NCBI GenBank assembly: GCA_026419015.1
Contig: JAOAAF010000002.1
Span: forward strand, 811 to 64,810
Source of the DNA: Spirochaetota bacterium
Lineage (GTDB): Bacteria > Spirochaetota > UBA4802 > JAGODF01
Reading direction: 5' to 3'
Length of the DNA stretch: 64,000 nucleotides
Both the position numbers and the translations under genes were made by a program. The notes under the pieces were generated by a model. The model was not told the DNA's origin. It saw only the letters and a program-made list of their open reading frames with translations, and searched no databases. Shown here in pieces: positions 11,961 to 20,667 of the stretch (position 1 is the stretch's first letter; each line of letters opens with the position of its first letter).

Positions 11961-14567
11961 TTATTTTGCTTTGAGAGTGTACACGCCATCCCAATTCTTT
12001 GAGGGAGGATTTTTAAGATATTCGTTGCATCGCTCGATGAATTTTAAACATGGCCCATCTGTTGGATTAATTTTTAGCGCAGCCTTGAAACTTGCGCGTG
12101 CTTTGTTCCAATCGCGGTGAGTAAAGTGTTCATGCCCTTCAAGATAAATGTCGAGCAGCTCTTTTTGTTCAGGTGTCAATTCGTTTTTTCGACAGATGAG
12201 CTCATACACAGTAATCGGTTCTGCTTTGCCCACTACGCGAATTCGATCGAGGGGGCGCACAACCACTTGATCTTTAACTTCCCGATAAACATTTTCGCTT
12301 ATCATAATCGATGTACCGTAAAATTTGTTCGCCCCTTCGAGGCGCGAGGCGAGATTAACCGAATCGCCCATCGCCGTATAATCCATCCGCGTGCGAGAAC
12401 CCATGTTCCCCACAACTGCCTCACCAGTGTTCATTCCTATGCGCACAAAAAGCTCATCTTTGCCAGCAATTCGCCATAGAGAGCGAAGTTCCACCAAGCG
12501 TTGTTGCATGTCAATTGCAGCGAAGCATGCGCGCAGTGCATGATCGGGCAATGCGTGAGGAGCGCCCCAGAATGCCATGATGGCATCGCCTTCGTATTTG
12601 TCCACTGTGCCATCGTAGCGCAAAATGATATCGGTCATTTCTGAAAGGTATTCATTCAAAAGCGAAACCAATTCGGTTGGCGTAAGCTTTTCGGAAATCG
12701 TAGAAAATTTTGCAACATCCGAAAAAAATGTGGTGATAATTCTACTTTCTCCACCAAGCTTAAACGAATCGGGATTTTGAATAATCGCATCAATCACTTT
12801 GGGCGAAAGATAGTGGGCAAATGCATTTTTAATAAAACGCTTTTGCGATTCTTCGCTTACGAACTTTATAGCACCGATGAAAAGCGAAGGAAGGAGAAAC
12901 GCAAGCGAAATCCCGAGTTGGTCAACCCATAAGTGCCATATGACAAAGGTAAAAATCACAAACAAGTTTATTGACAGAAACCCTATCATGATGGTAACAA
13001 GCGATTGCCGCGCGTTTAACCGTTGAATTATTATTCCCATTGCAATACCAATAATGAGAGAACTCAGCATATTCCATAGAGGTGAAATTTTTCGAATAAA
13101 TTGCTGTTGAAGGATTGTATTGATCACGTTATGATAGGTTCCAACCATAAGATATTGTGATGAAAGGGGCGTTACTCCCAAATCCTGCGTTCCCGTGGCA
13201 GTAAGGCCTATGATCGCAACGTGGCTGTGAAGTTTTTCAACTTTCGCAACAAGTTCGATAGCAGCAGGATAATTTTTCAACGTTTCAATTTGGTTTTCCA
13301 ATTGTGCATCTGGTCGCTTGTTGTATTCGGTTTTGAGTTTTTCAATATCGGAGAGAAGATGTTGTGCATATTTCATGCGCAAATGATAAAGCTGTTCGCC
13401 CAATTTTAGCATTTCGCTTCTGGTAAGGCTGTTTTTTATTGCATCTTTTGAGCGCTGCAACATCTCGCGGGCATTGCTTATTTTTTGTTGAATACGCGCA
13501 ACTTCGTTTCCAATTGTTGGATCTGACGCAATTAGTTCATCAACAGGTTCTTTAAGGATATCATATTCTAAAAGCGCATAAAATGGTAAGTGATTGAAAT
13601 GCGAAAAAAAGTCTCCTGCCCAATTAATATACATGCGTCCGATATCATCGATTGGGATGATAATATCTTGTACTCGATGGGCAATGGGATGAATAGCGTT
13701 TTTTAAATTGATGTGCCTACCTGGCACAATTTCGATGTTTTCTTTTTTTACATTGCACAGGTCCATGAGCATTACCAATGCCATGTGAAAAAATAACCTT
13801 CCTTCAAAAACCCTAACTAAGCGGATTTTACGCGCGATGCCGTCAATATCAAAATCGCTGTCAACAAACCCGAATGCTTTCGCTGAGCGAATGAATTCAG
13901 GGATTGGGGGAAGAATGGATTTTCTTTCTGGATCAATGAAATTGCGAAATTCTTTCTCCTTTAGTTGAGGAACCGGAATTGATGCTTTTTCAATAAAAAG
14001 TTTGAAAGCTTGTTTTATTTCTCGCTTTCGCCCTTCATCTGCGATTCTTTTTTCGATAATTTCTTTCGGAAACGAAAAAGGTATAATTGCGTTTCCCGCT
14101 TCAGCGAGAGCTTTCGCGAGAATTTGATCGTTATTGATGATCAAATCAGAAATTTTTTTGCCAATTGAAGGAGCACTTCTTTCTTTTGTAATTTTTGCAT
14201 AATGCGCGCGGTCAATGAGAAGAGGAGAATCGTCGGGGAATTGAGTATCGAACGTAACGTTTCGCACGTCGTTTCTCATGAGCGTTGCAAGTCCTTTTGC
14301 GTAGACACTTCGAGGCCATGGGAATTCTCCGATATTTGCGATGCTGTGATCGTCAATATCCAGAAAGGTAAGAAAAGATGCTTGAGGAATTGGATTTAGC
14401 GTGTGCTTTAACGCAAAGCGAAGATCATATAGTTTTAATTCAAATAGCTGATATGCATTTGTTGAGCTTAAAATCAGTATAATAAGAAAAGCGCTGATTC
14501 CGATGATAAGCCCAGCATAATTGCTTTTGAGGATGAATGTTTGAATGTTTTGGAATAGTCGTTTCAT
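11961..14567 (-). CDS. CHASE2 sensor / class III adenylate-guanylate cyclase with C-terminal TPR-like tail
   Basis: N-terminal TM, periplasmic CHASE2-like region, 3-4 TM helices, then the cyclase domain (ITTFFSDVAKFSTISE, KYEGDAIMAFWGAP, RIGMNTGEAVVGNMGS, YTAMGDSVNLASRLE). Start set at MKRLFQN (ATG 14565-14567), which has an AAGGAAA RBS; the ORF track starts at 14609. Confidence 0.85.
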   Translation of the reverse strand: MKRLFQNIQTFILKSNYAGLIIGISAFLIILILSSTNAYQLFELKLYDLRFALKHTLNPIPQASFLTFLDIDDHSIANIGEFPWPRSVYAKGLATLMRNDVRNVTFDTQFPDDSPLLIDRAHYAKITKERSAPSIGKKISDLIINNDQILAKALAEAGNAIIPFSFPKEIIEKRIADEGRKREIKQAFKLFIEKASIPVPQLKEKEFRNFIDPERKSILPPIPEFIRSAKAFGFVDSDFDIDGIARKIRLVRVFEGRLFFHMALVMLMDLCNVKKENIEIVPGRHINLKNAIHPIAHRVQDIIIPIDDIGRMYINWAGDFFSHFNHLPFYALLEYDILKEPVDELIASDPTIGNEVARIQQKISNAREMLQRSKDAIKNSLTRSEMLKLGEQLYHLRMKYAQHLLSDIEKLKTEYNKRPDAQLENQIETLKNYPAAIELVAKVEKLHSHVAIIGLTATGTQDLGVTPLSSQYLMVGTYHNVINTILQQQFIRKISPLWNMLSSLIIGIAMGIIIQRLNARQSLVTIMIGFLSINLFVIFTFVIWHLWVDQLGISLAFLLPSLFIGAIKFVSEESQKRFIKNAFAHYLSPKVIDAIIQNPDSFKLGGESRIITTFFSDVAKFSTISEKLTPTELVSLLNEYLSEMTDIILRYDGTVDKYEGDAIMAFWGAPHALPDHALRACFAAIDMQQRLVELRSLWRIAGKDELFVRIGMNTGEAVVGNMGSRTRMDYTAMGDSVNLASRLEGANKFYGTSIMISENVYREVKDQVVVRPLDRIRVVGKAEPITVYELICRKNELTPEQKELLDIYLEGHEHFTHRDWNKARASFKAALKINPTDGPCLKFIERCNEYLKNPPSKNWDGVYTLKAK

Positions 14568-14685
14568 TTTTGTTTCCTTTGATATTGCTAACATGCTGTG
14601 TTTTGGCAATTGCCATTATATAAATAAAAACATATAATCCCCACGGTTGAAAAAAATATAAAGAAGAGAATCCAGATGCACACAA

Positions 14686-14982
14686 TTAATGCAACAGTTC
14701 AGCGAGGGAGCTAAGCTCCAAAAGGCTTGCTACCCTTTGTGTGGGATTTAAAATTCTTAACGATTTCCCATTTTGTTTTTGTTGGCGGTGGAGCGCAATG
14801 AGCACGCTTATCCCTGTTGAATCGATGTATTCAACATCTTTCAAATCTAAAACGATATCGCGTGCCTTGGAAGATGCAAGTTCGGTGACCTTGTTTTGAA
14901 ATTCCTTTATAGAGCGAAGTTCCATTGCTCCTTCAATAGTAATTGTTATTGTGGATGTTTCTTCTTTAATGGTGTAGTTCAT
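14686..14982 (-). CDS. STAS-domain anti-sigma factor antagonist (SpoIIAA/RsbV-like)
   Basis: 98 aa. LDLKDVEYIDSTGISVLIAL contains the conserved phosphorylatable DSTG Ser/Thr context. GGGGAG RBS. Confidence 0.85.
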   Translation of the reverse strand: MNYTIKEETSTITITIEGAMELRSIKEFQNKVTELASSKARDIVLDLKDVEYIDSTGISVLIALHRQQKQNGKSLRILNPTQRVASLLELSSLAELLH

Positions 14983-15336
14983 CGCTCTCCCCTTTTACCG
15001 TAATCTTTTTTGAGCGCATAATTGAAGAATGCAGTCACGTTTAATATTTAATAATAAAGGCACATCGTGGCGTAAATTTTGAAAAATTCCTTTTTTATTA
15101 TAATTTGTCATATACATTTTCAGCAAAGTTTGATGATCGTGAAGATCTATTTGTAAATACCAGTAAATTGATTGTTTGTGCAAAAAAGATTACAAGTAAC
15201 TATTTTTTTATCAATCATTTTTTACATGAATTCATATCTTTATTTTTACGAATAAATTGAATGGATGGCTTGTCGCGAAGCGCGATTTTGCGATGAACTT
15301 ATGGGGATTAATGATAATTTTCTTCTTGATTTTTTC

Positions 15337-15352
15337 TGGCACAGTTACAGCA
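15337..15352 (+). promoter_or_regulatory. possible sigma-54 (-24/-12) promoter
   Basis: TGGCACagttaCAGCA compared with consensus TGGCACG-N4-TTGCA. GG and GC are at the correct 12-nt register, 38 nt upstream of the MlaD-like ATG. The -12 TT is replaced by CA. Confidence 0.25.
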
Positions 15353-15389
15353 TTTCGTTCACAATATGAAAGATATTTTTTGATGCAAG

Positions 15390-16067
15390 ATGAAACTTGA
15401 GAAAAATGAACTTCGCGTGGCGCTTTTTATTTTGATTCCCCTAACAATTCTTTTGTTGTTTGTGATGGTAAAACTTGGGTATTCCATCGCAAGTTCCACA
15501 ATTGATGTGTATCTTAAAGTCGATAATATATCGGCGATCAAGAAGGGAAGTGCAGTGAAGATTAAGGGTTATACGATTGGGCGTGTGGTGGAAATAATCC
15601 CGGTATACGAACCTGCTCTTCATTTTCTCGCCGTAATGCGCATTCAACGAGATGTGGTGATATATGAAAATTGCAGCGCGGTAATACAAAATCAGAACAT
15701 TATTGGCGATCCTGTGATCGAAATACGAAATCCCGATCAGTATTCGTCGCCAATTAAAGAAGGTGCAGTCATTGAGGGAATTGAATATGTAAATCTCGAA
15801 GTGATCGTACAGGATATTCATTTGCTTTTATCAACCTTGACTGCAACCGTTGCATTAATTAAAGATATTACGACTGAAAGCAAGGGAAACATTCGACAAC
15901 TTGTGGCAAGCCTTGCCACCACTGCAAATACCTTTAGCGAATTGCTTGCCAGTTCGCAGAAAGATATTCTTGAGACGCTTGCAACTTTCCGTAAAACTGC
16001 TCAAACGATGGAAGAAATTTCTCAGGAATTAAAAAAGCATCCAGTAAAGTTTTTGTTTAAAAAATGA
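15390..16067 (+). CDS. MlaD/MCE-family protein
   Basis: N-terminal TM anchor, then the MCE core (YLKVDNISAIKKGSAVKIKGYTIGRVVEI ... IIGDPVIEI) and a helical C-terminus. Confidence 0.7.
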   Translation: MKLEKNELRVALFILIPLTILLLFVMVKLGYSIASSTIDVYLKVDNISAIKKGSAVKIKGYTIGRVVEIIPVYEPALHFLAVMRIQRDVVIYENCSAVIQNQNIIGDPVIEIRNPDQYSSPIKEGAVIEGIEYVNLEVIVQDIHLLLSTLTATVALIKDITTESKGNIRQLVASLATTANTFSELLASSQKDILETLATFRKTAQTMEEISQELKKHPVKFLFKK

Positions 16068-16121
16068 AAATCGTTTTTATCCATTTACGCAAATTTTTCC
16101 CGTTGTTTGAACGGTGTGGGT

Positions 16122-16994
16122 ATGCCGTTTTTTAGCGTCATTATCCCTGTGTACAATCGCATCGAAACTATCCAGCGTGCAATTGGTTCTGTGCTTTCAC
16201 AAAATCATACCGATTTTGAACTGATTGTGATCGACGATGGCTCGTGCGATGGAACAAGACGAGTGCTTGCGACGTATGGGAGAAAAATCAGAATAATTAG
16301 CCAAGAGCATCGCGGGGTAAGTGCAGCGCGCAATGAGGGCGTGCGAAATGCCCATGGCGAATGGATTTTGTTTCTCGATTCAGACGATGCATTTTTGCCA
16401 GGCAAAATGCGTGCTCATTGTGAATTTATTAAACAGAATCCTTCCCTTTTGCTGCATCAAACTGACGAAATGTGGATTCGAAATGGGAGAAGGGTCAATC
16501 CACGGCAAAAACATAAAAAAAGGGAAGGGGATATTTTCATCCCGTCACTTCAGTTATGTTTGATAAGCCCTTCCAGTGCCTGCATCCATCGTTCAGTTTT
16601 CGAAAAATATGGAATGTTCGATGAAAAATTGCCTGCATGTGAAGATTACGATTTATGGTTGCGCGTTTGTTGGAAGGAACATATAGGGTTAATTCCACAA
16701 ATTTTCACAGTGAAATATGGCGGGCATCCCGATCAGCTTTCGCGAAGATATTGGGGAATGGATCGCTTCCGTGTCTATTCAATTTGCAAATTGCTCACAT
16801 CGGTCGGGAATGAATTATGCGATAAGAAAAAAGAAGCGGCAATTGCAACTGCCAAGGAAAAATGCTGCATTTTGCGTGAAGGTGCTCGAAAGAGAGGGAA
16901 TACGGCGTTTGTTGAACAGCTTAACCAGCTTATTGAATGGCTGGATCGAGATACGAATAGCAATAGAGATTTTTCCTTCCTTTTACAAGAATGA
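16122..16994 (+). CDS. family 2 glycosyltransferase
   Basis: FSVIIPVYNR, VIDDGSCDGT and LFLDSDD (DxD) motifs. ATG at 16122 preferred over the TTG at 16107. Confidence 0.85.
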   Translation: MPFFSVIIPVYNRIETIQRAIGSVLSQNHTDFELIVIDDGSCDGTRRVLATYGRKIRIISQEHRGVSAARNEGVRNAHGEWILFLDSDDAFLPGKMRAHCEFIKQNPSLLLHQTDEMWIRNGRRVNPRQKHKKREGDIFIPSLQLCLISPSSACIHRSVFEKYGMFDEKLPACEDYDLWLRVCWKEHIGLIPQIFTVKYGGHPDQLSRRYWGMDRFRVYSICKLLTSVGNELCDKKKEAAIATAKEKCCILREGARKRGNTAFVEQLNQLIEWLDRDTNSNRDFSFLLQE

Positions 16995-18012
16995 ATTTAT
17001 TTCCTATGAAGCAATCGAGGTAATCTTCGGTTTCAAATATTTTATTAAAAATAATCTCACCGCGTTCACGTATAATTGCAAAAAACGATCCCCCCTTTGC
17101 CAGAGTGTAGGCGATGAGGTAAATGCCATTGGCATAATCGATTGTCGCATGTCCATCTTTCCCAGAAGGCAGTTCGATAGAGAATTTGGGAGTAAGATTT
17201 CTATTAAAAATGATGAATCTGTTTTGTTCAATAAGTGCACAATCGCCATTTTCATCGATATGTAATGGAATTCTGGTATGGTGAGAGGCCTTTAAGTTAA
17301 TATCGCGATGAGTTTTGGTTGTCGCATCCACTATGCGAATCGCATCGCGATTGTTCCATCCATAATGCACTGCAAGGTAACTTCCCCGCGAAGAAGCCGC
17401 GAGGCTTTTTATCATCGCGTGCGCAACAACTCCGTAGTATGTGATTTCTCCTTTATCGTTAAAAAGATAAAAACTGCCGTCAAAAAATCCTGCAGCGGAA
17501 ACATCTGTTTTTCTGTGCACAAATACCGAAGTGCAAAATCGACCCGCTATGTATTTGCACCCAGCGGGATTCCCATTGAAATCAATCAATCGAATAGCGC
17601 TTTGATCGCCATTTATTAATAAAATTAATTTTGCATTTGCGGTTAAGATGGGATATTCAAGCGAAGACAATTTCCAAAACCGCTCACCTTTGATGTTGAA
17701 AAATTCAATGTGTTTTCCTACTTGCTCGTAAAGCGCAACGTATTCGCCGCTGTACGATGGTGCTGCAAGTTTATCCCCAACAGTAAAGCTTTCCAAAAGT
17801 GTCCCTGAAGCGCGCAAAAGGTGAATTGCGGAATTTGTTTTTAATGGAGGAAGTACTTCGCTGAGTTCCACAGATGGCGAAGGCTCAATTCGTTCGAAAG
17901 ATTCTATATTCCCACACCATTCGGGGATGAAAATAAATCCGCTCTGGAGGGAAGCAAATGGGGAAATAGCAAGAGCAATTCCAATGAAAAGACCTATCCC
18001 AAAAAATCTCAT
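16930..18012 (-). CDS. hypothetical exported protein, beta-rich (propeller-like)
   Basis: 360-aa ORF with signal-like N-terminus MRFFGIGLFIGIALAISPFA and a GAGGT RBS. Repeated beta-strand-like segments. No recognised motif. Confidence 0.5.
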   Translation of the reverse strand: MRFFGIGLFIGIALAISPFASLQSGFIFIPEWCGNIESFERIEPSPSVELSEVLPPLKTNSAIHLLRASGTLLESFTVGDKLAAPSYSGEYVALYEQVGKHIEFFNIKGERFWKLSSLEYPILTANAKLILLINGDQSAIRLIDFNGNPAGCKYIAGRFCTSVFVHRKTDVSAAGFFDGSFYLFNDKGEITYYGVVAHAMIKSLAASSRGSYLAVHYGWNNRDAIRIVDATTKTHRDINLKASHHTRIPLHIDENGDCALIEQNRFIIFNRNLTPKFSIELPSGKDGHATIDYANGIYLIAYTLAKGGSFFAIIRERGEIIFNKIFETEDYLDCFIGNKFILVKGRKNLYCYSYLDPAIQ

Positions 18013-18095
18013 ATTGCTACCTCGCGAGGATGTGGAAATAAATGCATCTTGTATGGTTGCCCACGCATCACATGAGCATTTATGTGAAGAATCTT

Positions 18096-19145
18096 TTATT
18101 CCTGCAAAAATGATTTCAATTTTTGGCTTCGCGAAGGATGGCGAAGTCGGCGAATGGCTTTTTTTTCAATTTGCCGAATGCGTTCTTTCGAAAGATTAAA
18201 TTCTTCTCCGATTTGCTGCAACGACATCGGTTTGTAGCCACCAAGTCCGAAACGCATTTTAATAATTTCGCGTTCAGCTTCCGTAAGTTCAGACAACACA
18301 TTTTCGAGAGCTGCTTGCAGGGATTCATCAAGCACTTTCTTATCGGGCGATTCTATGCGCGAATCTTCCACCAAACTTAAAATCGAGGCATCATCAGCAT
18401 CGCCTAAATTTGCGTCGAGTGAAATGAAATCTTGTGAGATACTGCGCAAATGATTAATTTCATCATCATCCATGTCCAGTTCTTCTGCAATTTCGCTTGG
18501 AGTGGGTTCTCGACCAAGCTTATTCTCGAGTTTGGCATGAACTTTTTCAATTTTTTGAATATCGGCAGTGCGGTTCAGTGGCAATCGGATGAGCGATGTC
18601 TTCTGCGAAATTGCTAAAATGATCGCCTGTCGTATCCACCATACTGCATAAGAGATGAAATGGTATCCGCGATCAGGATCAAATTTTTCTGCTGCTTTGA
18701 TGAGCCCCATATTTCCTTCATTGATGAGATCAAGCAGAGAGATGCCGCTTGTTTGATATTTCTTTGCAATGGAAACCACAAATCGAAGATTTGCCTGAAT
18801 GAGTTTCTGTTTTGCTGCTTCATCGCCTTGGCGCGCTTTGCGAGCGAGTTCGTCTTCTTCTTCTCTCGAAAGCAGCGGAATTTTATTTATTTGTTCGAGA
18901 TACCAGGATATCGATGAATCGCTCAGTTCACCTTTATCGTGCTTTCGCTTTCGCTTTTTATAATAGGATGCGCTATCGTGGTTTGTTTCTTCATAGTAAT
19001 CGATATCTTCATCGTCATAATAATTATTTGAAAAATTGTTAATTGATTCTTCGTGGTGAAGCGATAGCGAAGGGGATGTATCAGAAAGTCTTATCTTTTT
19101 ATTTTTCTGATCTTTAGTGTTAATTGGTTTTTTCTTCTTACTCAT
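18096..19145 (-). CDS. rpoD: sigma-70 family RNA polymerase sigma factor (RpoD-type, short N-terminus)
   Basis: Region 1.2-2 ([66 protein letters not shown]), region 3 and region 4.2 ([28 protein letters not shown]). Confidence 0.9.
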   Translation of the reverse strand: MSKKKKPINTKDQKNKKIRLSDTSPSLSLHHEESINNFSNNYYDDEDIDYYEETNHDSASYYKKRKRKHDKGELSDSSISWYLEQINKIPLLSREEEDELARKARQGDEAAKQKLIQANLRFVVSIAKKYQTSGISLLDLINEGNMGLIKAAEKFDPDRGYHFISYAVWWIRQAIILAISQKTSLIRLPLNRTADIQKIEKVHAKLENKLGREPTPSEIAEELDMDDDEINHLRSISQDFISLDANLGDADDASILSLVEDSRIESPDKKVLDESLQAALENVLSELTEAEREIIKMRFGLGGYKPMSLQQIGEEFNLSKERIRQIEKKAIRRLRHPSRSQKLKSFLQE

Positions 19146-19162
19146 TCTATGAAACCCGCCAG

Positions 19163-19198
19163 GTTAACTTTTTGGCACAAAAGGGTCAAAAAGTTAAC
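19163..19198. promoter_or_regulatory. perfect 12-bp inverted repeat (GTTAACTTTTTG-N12-CAAAAAGTTAAC) in the rpoD leader
   Basis: Read directly: 19163-19174 is the reverse complement of 19187-19198. It lies 18-53 nt upstream of the rpoD ATG, between divergent genes, so it is not a terminator for any ORF. Confidence 0.6.
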
Positions 19199-19302
19199 GA
19201 ATAAAATGCACTTTTTCCAAAAAGCCTATTATGTCAAGCATCTTTCGTGTTTCACATGATTCAAATTATACGCGACGTAGTTGGGTATTTTTGTTTAATT
19301 AA

Positions 19303-19330
19303 ATTGTAGGATTGTCAATCCTTTTGTAAA
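19303..19330 (-). promoter_or_regulatory. candidate sigma-70 promoter for rpoD
   Basis: On the minus strand: TTTACA, 16 nt, TACAAT. The spacer contains a 7-bp inverted repeat AGGATTG-n-CAATCCT (19308-19322). Confidence 0.4.
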
Positions 19331-19477
19331 TCACATAACCAAAGATAAAATATTGTTGCCTTTATCGGATTGGTATGAAAGAAGGTTTTAATGGATAATT
19401 CGATAAAATTTATTGTTTTTACAAAAATTTTTTTATTTTTTTTAAGCCAATCGCGTATTAATAAATAGGAAAGGTAT

Positions 19478-20089
19478 ATGGCACGCAAAAAAATAATTGG
19501 GTATGTATGCGTCGCATTCATGGGCGTGATAGCTTCAGAAGCGTTTTCAATAACCGGTGAAGAAGCTCTTGCGAAATTTCGCGCGCGTATGGAGAGCATC
19601 TCTACCATGCGTGGGACAATTTCATGGACCGACGAATCGGGTTTTATGTACACTGGCAATTTTAAGTACATGGCACCCAATAAGATCTACGTGAAGTTTA
19701 TAAGCCCTTCGGGGAAAATCATCGCAGCAAATGGTAGAAAATTGTATGTGTATAATGCTTCGACAAATATTTGTGGCATTCAAGATTTAGGTGGTGGAGG
19801 TTCAGGAGGAATTTCGGCATTGGTAAGTGGGTACATGGCAATTGCGTTCGGTGGACCGAGTGGTTATACGATCAAGTTAAGCAGCAATGAAAAGCATTAT
19901 ACGAATATTACGCTTGTCACCGATGGAAACTTTCTCTTAAAAAAAGCAATTTTGAAAACAAAAACAGGTGGAGGAACTACAATTTCCCTTTCGGGTATAA
20001 TAATTGGCGAAGGGATTTCGCCAGGGATTTTCGATTTTAATGTGCCACCTGGCGCACAGGTGGTAAACAATCCGCTGAATATTCGGTAA
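19478..20089 (+). CDS. LolA-like outer-membrane lipoprotein carrier/sorting protein
   Basis: Signal peptide, then a LolA-family layout (FRARMESISTMRGTISW..., YMAPNKIYVKF, IIAANGRKLYVYN). Confidence 0.6.
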   Translation: MARKKIIGYVCVAFMGVIASEAFSITGEEALAKFRARMESISTMRGTISWTDESGFMYTGNFKYMAPNKIYVKFISPSGKIIAANGRKLYVYNASTNICGIQDLGGGGSGGISALVSGYMAIAFGGPSGYTIKLSSNEKHYTNITLVTDGNFLLKKAILKTKTGGGTTISLSGIIIGEGISPGIFDFNVPPGAQVVNNPLNIR

Positions 20090-20094
20090 CGCAC

Positions 20095-20667
20095 ATGAAA
20101 GCGAAAAGGGCATTGTGTGCAACTGCGTTATTATGGATATTATCGCCATCGGTTTTTGCAGCGCAGCGTTATCCTACCTTTGCAGGCATTCGTGCGGCAG
20201 GTGGATACAATAGAATTGCATATGAGGGATGGGTTGAAACGGATCGCGCTGATTTTACTATATCGGGTAAATATGTAATCGCAGGCCCTCTTTTGTGCGT
20301 ATTTGTTCCCCCTTTTGTTGGGGTATGGTCTTTTCAATATCTTGCTAATTCAAACGGGAGCGAGATAAACACGTCAGTAAAATGCCTTTTCGTTTCGCTA
20401 GAAGCGAAATATGCATATGCGATCACATCGCTTTTTTCTGTGACAGGCGGGCTTGGGGTATATGGGGAATTGCCACCAGCCACTCTTTCCTATGAAGGAG
20501 GCGCAGGAGGTGTTGCTTCGTTAGGTTGTCTTATTTCAATTGGTACAGATTTTCGCATCTTGTTCGATGTTAGTGGGAATTACGGAAGTTTTGGATTGGG
20601 CGATAACTCGAAAAAATTTTCCATCGGGATAGGTATCTCTCTGGTGTATCATGTTGGAAGCATTTAA
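20095..20667 (+). CDS. small outer-membrane beta-barrel protein (hypothetical)
   Basis: Signal peptide ending FAAQ. Alternating Gly/aromatic beta-strand pattern. About 190 aa, like the two other barrel candidates in the window. Confidence 0.45.
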   Translation: MKAKRALCATALLWILSPSVFAAQRYPTFAGIRAAGGYNRIAYEGWVETDRADFTISGKYVIAGPLLCVFVPPFVGVWSFQYLANSNGSEINTSVKCLFVSLEAKYAYAITSLFSVTGGLGVYGELPPATLSYEGGAGGVASLGCLISIGTDFRILFDVSGNYGSFGLGDNSKKFSIGIGISLVYHVGSI

